Positions 48,185-60,476 of a stretch of 64,000 bases of DNA are shown here, in pieces (positions within the stretch are counted from its first letter, which is position 1; every line of letters begins with the position of its first letter). Source of the DNA: an uncultured Clostridia bacterium (GTDB taxonomy: Bacteria; Bacillota; Clostridia; Christensenellales; Borkfalkiaceae); assembly GCA_904374385.1 (NCBI GenBank), contig CAJFGA010000002.1, positions 3,166-67,165 of the forward strand, read 5' to 3'. A model generated the notes under the pieces. The model was not told the origin of the DNA and did no database searches. It saw only the letters and a list, made by a program, of their open reading frames with translations. Position numbers and translations under genes: made by a program.

Positions 48185-49669
48185 TTAATGCAAGGGCGGC
48201 AATTCGACGGTGCGCGTGGCGATATTCCTGCAAAACGCGGCGTCATGCTCGACGAATAACAGGGAGGGGCGGTATTCGAGGATCAGCCGTTCGAGCTGAA
48301 TGCGCGATACGAGATCGATAAAGTTGAGCGGTTCGTCCCACACATACAGGTGCGCGGGTGTTGCCAGGGCAACCGCGAGCGCGACCTTTTTCTTTTGCCC
48401 GTCGCTGTATCCGGCTATGTCGCGCGAAAACAGATCGCTTCGGAGATTGAATTTATTCAGGATCGCCATTACGAGCGAAGGTTCGGCCCCGCGCGCGGCG
48501 GCGTATTCGGCCGGGGTGCCGCAAATGCCGCCGACATTCTGCGGAAGATAGGATATGCGCAAGTCGTTCGGCATCTGCACGATGCCGCTCTGTGCGGTCA
48601 GTTCGCCCGTTAAAAGTTTTAAAACGGTGGATTTGCCGCAGCCGTTACCGCCTTTGAGCGCGATACGCTCGCCCCGCTCCGCCGTCAGAGAGAGATCGCG
48701 CACGGCGTTTTTTTCTCCGTATGCAAAATTTATGTGAGTCAGAGAGCAGAGAGTCTGCGCGCGGAAGGAGAGTGGCGTCAACTTGAAATTGCCGTAAAAC
48801 TCCGCGTTTTTCAGGAGGGAATGCTTTTCTTCGATCGCCTGTTCGCGGCGGCGCTCGGTCACTTTGGCGCGCTTTGCCATCTTTGCCGCCATGGCGCCGA
48901 CGTACCCTTTATCCGGCCGCAGACCCGCGTTCTTTTGGTTCTTGCTCGCCTCTGTTTTGTCCGCCCAATCGAAAGTGCGCGCGGCCGAAGTTTCCAGCGC
49001 AGAGATCTGCTTTTGCAGACGCGCGCTCTTTTGCGCTTCGGCGTCATCGGCGGCGGTCTTATCCCGCCACCAATCGGAAAATTTTCCCTTCCGCAGTTCG
49101 TATCCTTCCGCGTTTAATGCGAGTACATGGTCGCAGCAGCCGTCCAAAAAATCGCGGTCGTGTGAAACGAGGATGAACCCGCGCTTGGCAGCTAAATATT
49201 CGCTGAGTTTTTTTCGTCCCGACTCGTCTAGGTGGTTGGTCGGCTCGTCGATGAGCGGAAAGGCGCCTTCCTTTGCGAACAGCGCGGCCAGCAGTACTTT
49301 TGTGCGTTCGCCGCCCGAAAGGGTGGAAAGCGGCCGCTCGAGCGCGTCCTCGCCGACGCCGAGTTTATGCATCTCCGCTTTCAATCGCCAAAGTTCGATG
49401 TCCGGTAAGGCAATGTGCAGGGCGGAAAGCGCGTCGAGCGATCTGTCGACGGTATAGGGGAAATATTCAAACTGTATTCCCGCGCCGATTTTCCCCGTGT
49501 ATTCGTACTCTCCGCACAAAAGGCGCAGAAGGGTGGTTTTGCCCCGCCCGTTGCGCCCCGTAAGGGCAAGTTTCCAGTCGCTGTCGAGTACGGCGGAAAA
49601 ATTTTCAAATATATTCTGCGCGGTGCCGGGATAGGCAAAGGTTAAATTTTGTATCAAAATTGCAGACAT
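48185..49669 (-). CDS. lsa: Lsa-family ABC-F ribosomal protection protein
   Basis: IQNLTFAY...DSDWKL...GRNGRGKTT; two ABC domains, no TM; AAGGAGG RBS at ATG 49669. Confidence 0.8.
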   Translation of the reverse strand: MSAILIQNLTFAYPGTAQNIFENFSAVLDSDWKLALTGRNGRGKTTLLRLLCGEYEYTGKIGAGIQFEYFPYTVDRSLDALSALHIALPDIELWRLKAEMHKLGVGEDALERPLSTLSGGERTKVLLAALFAKEGAFPLIDEPTNHLDESGRKKLSEYLAAKRGFILVSHDRDFLDGCCDHVLALNAEGYELRKGKFSDWWRDKTAADDAEAQKSARLQKQISALETSAARTFDWADKTEASKNQKNAGLRPDKGYVGAMAAKMAKRAKVTERRREQAIEEKHSLLKNAEFYGNFKLTPLSFRAQTLCSLTHINFAYGEKNAVRDLSLTAERGERIALKGGNGCGKSTVLKLLTGELTAQSGIVQMPNDLRISYLPQNVGGICGTPAEYAAARGAEPSLVMAILNKFNLRSDLFSRDIAGYSDGQKKKVALAVALATPAHLYVWDEPLNFIDLVSRIQLERLILEYRPSLLFVEHDAAFCRNIATRTVELPPLH

Positions 49670-49720
49670 GGCAGCCTCCTTTGATCGGAATATTGTAACC
49701 GTGAGAGCCGCGGCAAAATA

Positions 49721-49864
49721 AAAAGAGCCGTACAGAAGATGCGGCTCTTTAAAAAAGTTGATCGGCTGATATAAAAAAATCTTCTGCGGCAAGGCGCGCC
49801 CGAACGTCGGCAACAGGGTGCCGATGAAGAGGTGTTTCATTTTTTATACGCAGAAGATATACAT
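49721..49864 (-). promoter_or_regulatory. Attenuator with leader peptide MYIFCV (49864-49844)
   Basis: GGAGG RBS; ATCTTCTG/CAGAAGAT alternative pairings; terminator aaagagccg...cggctcttttt. Confidence 0.75.
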
Positions 49865-50025
49865 GGCTCCTCCCAAGATTTTTTATTATTATAGCATAGC
49901 GCTGCGCGTCTGTCAAGCGAAAGGGAAATCGCTGATTATCGGATAAACAATTAAAAACAGGGCACGATTATAAAATTGGGGGAGCAGGCATTGCCTGCTC
50001 CCCCAATTTGTTATTTAAGAGAAGA

Positions 50026-53643
<3,618 letters not shown>

Positions 53644-53758
53644 CTATTATAATAGTTTTTGCAAAATTAGTCAATATAATCGAGCCTCTTTTGCCCGGAT
53701 TTTTTGTCTGTTTGCACGGCAAAAGAAGGAAAGTGATTTATGCTTTTGCCGATGTATT

Positions 53759-54115
53759 TTATTTTTTCTTCTTTTTCACTGCCCATGCGCATCCTGCCAA
53801 TATCCCCGCCGCCGCGACGAGCGGGCGAAGGAATACGAGCTTTGCCGATAGCTCATCCAGCGTTCGCGCGGCGGCAGAAAAAGCCGCTTTCTGATTGCCG
53901 AAAACTGTATTGCCCTGCCCGTCTATGGCGACGATGGCGACGTCCGCTTGTGTAGCGGCGAGCGTTTCTTCGTTTTCGATAGATTCGAGCAATGTCACAT
54001 TGCCCGAAAAGTTTTCGCGGGCAGCGTATGCGCTGCGGAAACTTGACGCCGAACCGGAAATAATGGCAGCCAATAGCGCTGCGGAGAGCAGCGTGAGCCG
54101 CAATGATTTTTTCAT
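53759..54115 (-). CDS. Hypothetical secreted/membrane protein
   Basis: Signal peptide-like start; C-terminal TM followed by KKKKK. Confidence 0.5.
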   Translation of the reverse strand: MKKSLRLTLLSAALLAAIISGSASSFRSAYAARENFSGNVTLLESIENEETLAATQADVAIVAIDGQGNTVFGNQKAAFSAAARTLDELSAKLVFLRPLVAAAGILAGCAWAVKKKKK

Positions 54116-54428
54116 TTTTACCCCCCCCCTGTAAGGATTATATTTGCTTAGGAACCTGATCTGCTTCCTTTTTATTTTACTTCCTCGGTGCGACGGCGTG
54201 CAATGTGCATTCTGCTTTTAATTTTTGTAAATTTTGGCATATTTTTCGATGAGGAAACAATTCTAATGGAAAGGGGGGATCGAAAGGGAAGCCGGGCGCT
54301 CCGCGGGTAAAAATCGGCCCGCTTTTGTGTTGAAAAGGTGCTTCCTTTCGGCAAGGTGCGGTGAAAATTCAAAAAAGAATCGGAAAATCGTTGAGAAATT
54401 TTTCCGCATTTGCTATAATTAGGGAACC

Positions 54429-55265
54429 ATGGAAGCGGTCAAATTTGAAAACGTAAAATTTGCATATAGGGAAGACGATGAAACGTTTGCCGTAAACGGT
54501 GTAACTCTTTCGATCGAAGAGGGCACCTTTGTTGCCGTCCTCGGCAGAAACGGCAGCGGCAAATCCACCCTCGCCAAGATGATCAACGCACTGCTTGTGC
54601 CCACGGAAGGCAAGGCGGAAGTGTTCGGCTTGGATACCGCCTCGCCCGAAAACACGTTTGAGATCCGCAAGAGCGCGGGCATGGTCTTTCAGAACCCCGA
54701 CAATCAGACGGTCGCCTCCATCGTCGAGGACGACGTCGCCTTCGGCCCCGAAAATATCGGCGTTCCGCGGGAAGAGATCGGCAGGCGCATCGACTTCGCA
54801 CTGGATGCGGTAGGGATGCAGGCATTCCGCCAGTCGACGCCCTCGCGCCTCTCGGGCGGGCAGAAACAACGCATCGCCATCGCGGGCGTGCTGGCCATTC
54901 TGCCGAAGATCATGATTTTAGACGAATCCACCGCGATGCTCGATCCGAAGGGCAGGCGCGAAGTGATGGATGTCATCAAAAAGCTCAACAAGGAGCGCGG
55001 AATGACGGTCATCCTCATCACACATTTCATGGACGAAGCGCTCGAAGCGGATAGGGCGATCGTCATGCACCGCGGCGAAGTGGTCATGGACGGCACGCCG
55101 GAAGAGATCTTTTCCCGTGCCGACGAACTGGAAACATACAATTTGGCATTGCCGCGCGCCGCGTACATCTCGAAGAGGCTCGCGGAAGGCGGCATGCCGG
55201 TCAAGGGCGCCTTTCATGCCGAAGCGCTCGCGGAGGAAATATGCGCATCCTTGCAAAAGGCTTAA
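54429..55265 (+). CDS. ecfA1: ECF transporter ATPase A1
   Basis: GRNGSGKST, FQNPDNQ and LSGGQKQR. Confidence 0.93.
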   Translation: MEAVKFENVKFAYREDDETFAVNGVTLSIEEGTFVAVLGRNGSGKSTLAKMINALLVPTEGKAEVFGLDTASPENTFEIRKSAGMVFQNPDNQTVASIVEDDVAFGPENIGVPREEIGRRIDFALDAVGMQAFRQSTPSRLSGGQKQRIAIAGVLAILPKIMILDESTAMLDPKGRREVMDVIKKLNKERGMTVILITHFMDEALEADRAIVMHRGEVVMDGTPEEIFSRADELETYNLALPRAAYISKRLAEGGMPVKGAFHAEALAEEICASLQKA

Positions 55266-56107
55266 CTTACACCTATAATCCAAAGTCTCCCTTCGCTTCG
55301 CAGGCGCTGAAGGGGGTGGATATCTCCATCGACGAGGGCGAATTTTTCGGTATCATCGGTCATACCGGCAGCGGCAAATCCACTTTTTTGCAGCACCTGA
55401 ACGCCCTCATCCGTCTGACTGGCGGCTTTTTGAAGGTGGGGGAGTACGATCTCTCCGATAAAAAATGCAATTTTTTAGAACTGCGCAGCAAGGTGGGCAT
55501 GGTCTTTCAGTACCCGGAATATCAGCTCTTTGCCGAAACGGTGGAAAAGGATGTCATGTTCGGGCTGAAAAATTTCCGTAAGGACATGAGCGATGAGGAG
55601 ATGAAGGCCGCCGTCAAAGAGGCGATCGAAACGGTCGACCTCGATTATGAAGAGATCAAGGACAAATCTCCGTTTGAACTTTCGGGCGGGCAGAAGCGCC
55701 GCGTCGCCATTGCGGGCGTCATCGTCACGAAGCCGGAGGTCCTCATTCTCGATGAACCCGCCGCCGGTCTTGATCCTCTGGGGAAAAAAGAGATCATGGA
55801 TCTGCTGCATGCCATTCACGGCGGTTGGTGTAAAACGATCGTGTTCGTATCGCACGATATGGACGAGATCGCGGAAAACTGCACCCGCGCCGCCGTCTTT
55901 TCAGACGGCAGGGTGGTCATGGAAGATACGCCCGCGGAGATCTTTAAACGCTCCGACGAGCTGATTTCGCTCGGTTTGGATATACCCGTTACGGCAAAAT
56001 GCGCGCGTATTCTCAAAGAACGCGGCATCGAGATCGAAACGGATTTCACTTCGGAAGATTTTATCGCAAAGGTTTTGGCGGCATATGCAGCCAAAGCCGG
56101 GGCATGA
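55241..56107 (+). CDS. ecfA2: ECF transporter ATPase A2
   Basis: GHTGSGKST, FQYPEYQLF and SPFELSGGQKRR. Confidence 0.93.
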   Translation: MRILAKGLTYTYNPKSPFASQALKGVDISIDEGEFFGIIGHTGSGKSTFLQHLNALIRLTGGFLKVGEYDLSDKKCNFLELRSKVGMVFQYPEYQLFAETVEKDVMFGLKNFRKDMSDEEMKAAVKEAIETVDLDYEEIKDKSPFELSGGQKRRVAIAGVIVTKPEVLILDEPAAGLDPLGKKEIMDLLHAIHGGWCKTIVFVSHDMDEIAENCTRAAVFSDGRVVMEDTPAEIFKRSDELISLGLDIPVTAKCARILKERGIEIETDFTSEDFIAKVLAAYAAKAGA

Positions 56108-56125
56108 CGGAAAAAAGGAAAGCAG

Positions 56126-56968
56126 ATGTTAAACGACGTTACCTTCGGACAATATTATCCCGTAAAGTCCTTCGTGCACAACATGGATCCGCGGGCAAAA
56201 ATCGTTTTTATGATCGCCTACATCGTCGCGATTTTTCTTGCCGATAACTTTTTCGCGCTCGCGACGGCGGTCGTGTTTCTCCTGTTCGTCGTCTTGCTTT
56301 CGCGCGTGCCCTTCGGCAGGGTGCTTCGTTCGGTAAAGATGATCCTGTTTCTCATCATCTTTACAGCGGTGCTCAATTTGTTCTTTTATTCGGGCAGCAG
56401 CTCTTACCAACCCCTCGTCGATTGGTGGATCATAACCATCACCTATGAATCCATCATCAATATGATCTTTCTCGCTCTGCGCCTGTTTTTGCTGGTCATG
56501 GGCACTTCGGTGCTGACGCTCACAACGACGCCCGTCGCCCTCACTGACGGCATCGAAAGTTTGTTGACGCCCCTAAAGTGGATCCGTTTCCCCGTGCATG
56601 AATTGGCGCTCATCATGAGTATCGCGCTGCGCTTCATCCCTACGCTGATGGATGAAACCAACCGCATCGTCGCGGCGCAGAAGGCGCGCGGGGCGAACTT
56701 TGAAACGGGGGGGCTGATCAAGCGCGCAAAAGCGGTCGTTCCCATCCTCGTGCCGCTGCTCGTATCGGCATTCCGCCGGGCAGAGGACTTGGGCGATGCG
56801 ATGGACGCGCGCTGTTACAGCGGCGCAAAGGGCCGCACCAAATACAAAAAACTCGTCTTTACCTGGCGCGATCTGTTAGGGTTGCTCCTGCTTGCGGCGC
56901 TCATCACAGGTATCGTGTTTTTGAACCAGTTGGGCGGTAAATTTGAAATTTTGAGTTATTTTTTATAA
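56126..56968 (+). CDS. ecfT: ECF transporter T component
   Basis: DPRAK, ALRFIPTL...AQKARG and AMDARCY. Confidence 0.93.
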   Translation: MLNDVTFGQYYPVKSFVHNMDPRAKIVFMIAYIVAIFLADNFFALATAVVFLLFVVLLSRVPFGRVLRSVKMILFLIIFTAVLNLFFYSGSSSYQPLVDWWIITITYESIINMIFLALRLFLLVMGTSVLTLTTTPVALTDGIESLLTPLKWIRFPVHELALIMSIALRFIPTLMDETNRIVAAQKARGANFETGGLIKRAKAVVPILVPLLVSAFRRAEDLGDAMDARCYSGAKGRTKYKKLVFTWRDLLGLLLLAALITGIVFLNQLGGKFEILSYFL

Positions 56969-57007
56969 AAATTCAGGGATACGTCCCGCAATTTTCGGTG
57001 CAAAAAA

Positions 57008-57784
57008 ATGAATATCGCACTCTTGATCAGCTATGACGGCACCCATTTTTCCGGCTGGCAGATCCAAAAAAACGGAAGGACGGTGCAGGGTACGCTCGAA
57101 GAAGCCCTGCATCGCGCCTTCGGCATCCGCGTCCGCGTCACCGGCAGCGGCAGGACGGATGCGGGCGTGCACGCGGCGGGGCAGGTCTGCAATTTTCCTT
57201 TCGGCGAAAGCGTTAAGATCGCGCCCGAAAAAATTGCCGATGCCCTCAACGCGCTTTTGCCCGCCGACGTCAAGGTGCTTGCGAGCGCGCCTGTCGCCGA
57301 TTCGTTCGATGCCTGCCGTTCTGCAAAGAAAAAGACCTACCGCTACGCCGTCTATTTTTCGAGGAGAGAGCATCCTTTGCTCGAACGGTATGCGGCAAGA
57401 TTCGGCGCAGTGCCGGATTTTACAGCGATGCGGCAATGTGCCGATCTGTTGGAGGGGGAGCACGACTTTTCCGCCTTCTCCGCAACCGGTTCTTCCGTTA
57501 AAACGACGGTGCGAACCGTCTATTCGATCGGCCTGACGCCCCGGCTCGGCGGGCGCGGCGTCGATGTAGACGTATGCGGCAGCGGATTTTTATACAATAT
57601 GGTGCGCATCATGGCGGGCGCGCTCCTCGATTGCGGAACGGGCAAATTGTCCCTTTCCGCCGTGCGCGAGGCGCTTGCGGCAGGAGATCGGGAACGGCTG
57701 GGCAAGACGATGCCCGCCAAAGGGCTGACACTTCTGTCTGTACAGTACGATCCCCCTCTCTTTGCGGGAGAATATCGCGAGTAG
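57008..57784 (+). CDS. truA: tRNA pseudouridine(38-40) synthase
   Basis: SYDGT.F.GWQ, GRTDAGVHA and FLYNMVR. Confidence 0.95.
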   Translation: MNIALLISYDGTHFSGWQIQKNGRTVQGTLEEALHRAFGIRVRVTGSGRTDAGVHAAGQVCNFPFGESVKIAPEKIADALNALLPADVKVLASAPVADSFDACRSAKKKTYRYAVYFSRREHPLLERYAARFGAVPDFTAMRQCADLLEGEHDFSAFSATGSSVKTTVRTVYSIGLTPRLGGRGVDVDVCGSGFLYNMVRIMAGALLDCGTGKLSLSAVREALAAGDRERLGKTMPAKGLTLLSVQYDPPLFAGEYRE

Positions 57785-57820
57785 GCTTTTTCGTCGGCAT
57801 TAACTTTGAAGGAGTAAATC

Positions 57821-58783
57821 ATGGAATTTTTTATTATACTTTATGGACTGCTCAACGTATTCAATCCGGCAGTGATGGAATATCAGGGCGTTGCCGCCGC
57901 CGATACGCTGACTTATGTTTTGCTCGGCATTTCGGCTGCGTTTTTCGTCTGTACCTATTGTTTCCGTGCGGTCGGGCTTACGGTGATGGCGAAAAAAGCG
58001 GGCAAGAAAAATCTCGTTTGGTGCGCGTTTGTGCCCTTTGCAAGCACCTATCTGATGGGTGAATTGGCAGGCAACGGCAAGTTGGGCAGCCTTCGCATCA
58101 AAAAGATTGGGCTGTTCGTCATGCTCGCAGAGATCCTGTATGCGGCGGGCATGGCGGTCGTATGCATTCCGCAGATCGTAGCCTTTATGGATTATGATCG
58201 CTATATCACCACGGTAGCGAACGATATTGGCGTACAGATCGCTTTTTCCAGCGAGTTTCCGCTCGCCCTCTATAATATGTACCACGTCGGCATCATTTTC
58301 ACCTATGTATTACAGCTCATCTATATCGTATGCGCGGTATTTCTATTTATCTGTTTCTTCCGCGTCTATGCACCGGCGTCCTATATTTGGCTGACCATTT
58401 TGTGCGTGATCTTCCCCGTCGATTCTTTCCTCGTATTTGCTTTCCGCAACAGGAAGCGTGTGGATTACGAAGCATATATGCGCGCCCGTGCCGAAGCGAT
58501 CCGCCGCCAACAGCAATACTATAACAATCCTTACAACAATCCATACGGAAATCCCTACAACAATCCTTATAATAACCCGTATAACAATCCGTATAACAAT
58601 CCATATAACAACAATCAATACGGCAGTCCGAACGGGCAGGCGCAGCCCCCGCGCGAGCCGGAAGACCCCTTCGGAGAATTTTCGGGCGGCCAAAATAATG
58701 CCGCTGGCGGACAGGGCGACCCCTTCGGCGAGTATTCCGGCAAAAACGGCGATAAGGGCGACGGCAACGGCGAAAACAATTGA
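57821..58783 (+). CDS. Membrane protein with YNNP-repeat tail
   Basis: About 5 TM segments, (YNNP)n and two DPFGE(F/Y). Confidence 0.8.
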   Translation: MEFFIILYGLLNVFNPAVMEYQGVAAADTLTYVLLGISAAFFVCTYCFRAVGLTVMAKKAGKKNLVWCAFVPFASTYLMGELAGNGKLGSLRIKKIGLFVMLAEILYAAGMAVVCIPQIVAFMDYDRYITTVANDIGVQIAFSSEFPLALYNMYHVGIIFTYVLQLIYIVCAVFLFICFFRVYAPASYIWLTILCVIFPVDSFLVFAFRNRKRVDYEAYMRARAEAIRRQQQYYNNPYNNPYGNPYNNPYNNPYNNPYNNPYNNNQYGSPNGQAQPPREPEDPFGEFSGGQNNAAGGQGDPFGEYSGKNGDKGDGNGENN

Positions 58784-58800
58784 CGCGCGGAGAGGATGAT

Positions 58801-59577
58801 ATGGAAAAAGTGAAAAATGTAGCGGTGCTCATCGATGCGGAAAATGTTCCCGCCTACAGCGCTAAACAGATTTTTGACGAGGCCTCCAATTACGGCAACG
58901 TAATGGTCAAACGCATCTTTGCCGATTGGTCTAAAGGCTCCGTCAAGGGCTGGAAAGACGAGGTCAACCGCTTTTCGATGACGGCCGTACAACAGTTCGA
59001 AGTACAGCCGCGCAAAAATACCATAGACATCGCGCTCATCATTCAGGCGCTCATCGTGCTCTTCGAAAAGGACGTAGACGTGTTTTGCATCGCCGCGGGC
59101 GACAGCGATTATACCCGCCTCGTGCGGGAACTGCGCGAGCGCAATAAAATCGTCATCGGCATGGGAGGCAGGAACGTCAATCCGGGCTTTGTCAATGCTT
59201 TCAACGAATATATCTATCTCTTTAACGGAGAGGAAAAGAAAAAGAAGGATAAGACGGACAAGGCAAAGGCGCCCGCGCCTGCCGTGCGCGAAGAAAAGCC
59301 AGAAATCATCGACGCGACCAAGAAAAAGGATCTTGTCGACATCGTTGACCGCCTGATCGACGACAACAACGGCAAAGCGTATTACGCGCAGATCTCGATG
59401 GAGATGAAGCAAAAGTATTCCGACTTTATCCCCAAAAACTACGGCTGCAATTCCTTTAAAAATTTAATGGAGAAGCTGCTGCCCGTATTGCACAAATATG
59501 CCGTCTGCACCGAACAGGACGGCACGACCATGTATCTGACCCGCGCGCCGCGCGAGGGGAAAAACCATCGGAGGTGA
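58801..59577 (+). CDS. NYN/LabA-domain protein with OST-HTH-like C-terminus
   Basis: VLIDAEN, KNTIDI, GDSDY and F.PKNYG. Confidence 0.88.
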   Translation: MEKVKNVAVLIDAENVPAYSAKQIFDEASNYGNVMVKRIFADWSKGSVKGWKDEVNRFSMTAVQQFEVQPRKNTIDIALIIQALIVLFEKDVDVFCIAAGDSDYTRLVRELRERNKIVIGMGGRNVNPGFVNAFNEYIYLFNGEEKKKKDKTDKAKAPAPAVREEKPEIIDATKKKDLVDIVDRLIDDNNGKAYYAQISMEMKQKYSDFIPKNYGCNSFKNLMEKLLPVLHKYAVCTEQDGTTMYLTRAPREGKNHRR

Positions 59578-59580
59578 CGT

Positions 59581-59763
59581 ATGTCCGAAGCCGATCTCTA
59601 TAAATTTTTTTCGCAGTACGACGGCGAGGCGGACCTTTCCGATTTTACGCCCGAAGAACTGTCGCGTCTGCTGCACGAAAAGCAAAAAGAAGATTATAAA
59701 GAAAAATATTTTACTTATTACGACGATATAAAATCGAAATCCCGCAAAAAGCAGGATTGGTGA
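59581..59763 (+). CDS. Small hypothetical protein
   Basis: GGAGGTG RBS. Confidence 0.6.
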   Translation: MSEADLYKFFSQYDGEADLSDFTPEELSRLLHEKQKEDYKEKYFTYYDDIKSKSRKKQDW

Positions 59764-59924
59764 GAAAACAAAGGGGAGGGTAGCCTCCTCTTTGTCGTTT
59801 TTATGGAAAATATGAAAGGAAGATGAAATCCTTTATTTTCGCGTATATTTATTTGACTTTTGTTAAGCGATAGAGTAGAATGGTTAACGATTAAGAGCTT
59901 AACAGTAAGTGAGGAGTCAATACG

Positions 59925-60413
59925 ATGGATGCAAATTATCTGGTGAGGGCGATTTACAACATAGCCAAACGTTTGGACGACATGAAAATTTTCAAGCATA
60001 CCTTTCCTTTCAACAATACGGAAATGGAAATGATGAAAGAGATCGTGCACGTCAAAGAGGAGGGCGGCCGTATCATCTCCAGTGACCTTGCCAAAGAGCT
60101 GGGGGTGACGCGTTCCGCCGTCTCGCAGATCGTGAATAAGCTGGAAAAGCAAAACGTCGTGCGGCGGGTTCCCGACGAGCGCGACAGGAAAATTGCTTAT
60201 ATTGAATTGAGTGAGAGTGCGCGCGGCATCTATGAAAAGATCAAGGACGAGATCAACCGCGTCATGGGTGAGATCATCGCCAAATTGGGAGAAAAGAAGG
60301 TACAGGATTTTATCGATTACGCGGACGAATTTGTCGGCGCTTTCGATGCGGCCGTTTCCAAATGCGAAAAGATCGATTTCACGCTGCCCGCAGCGGACGG
60401 CGCCCGCGCTTGA
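59925..60413 (+). CDS. MarR-family regulator
   Basis: SDLAKELGVTRSAVSQIVNKLE...DERDRK. Confidence 0.9.
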   Translation: MDANYLVRAIYNIAKRLDDMKIFKHTFPFNNTEMEMMKEIVHVKEEGGRIISSDLAKELGVTRSAVSQIVNKLEKQNVVRRVPDERDRKIAYIELSESARGIYEKIKDEINRVMGEIIAKLGEKKVQDFIDYADEFVGAFDAAVSKCEKIDFTLPAADGARA

Positions 60414-60476
60414 CGGGAAGGATCCCCTCAAAGAGAATAATTTTTTCGGGACATCGTCCTGTGTAAGGAGTCAAAT

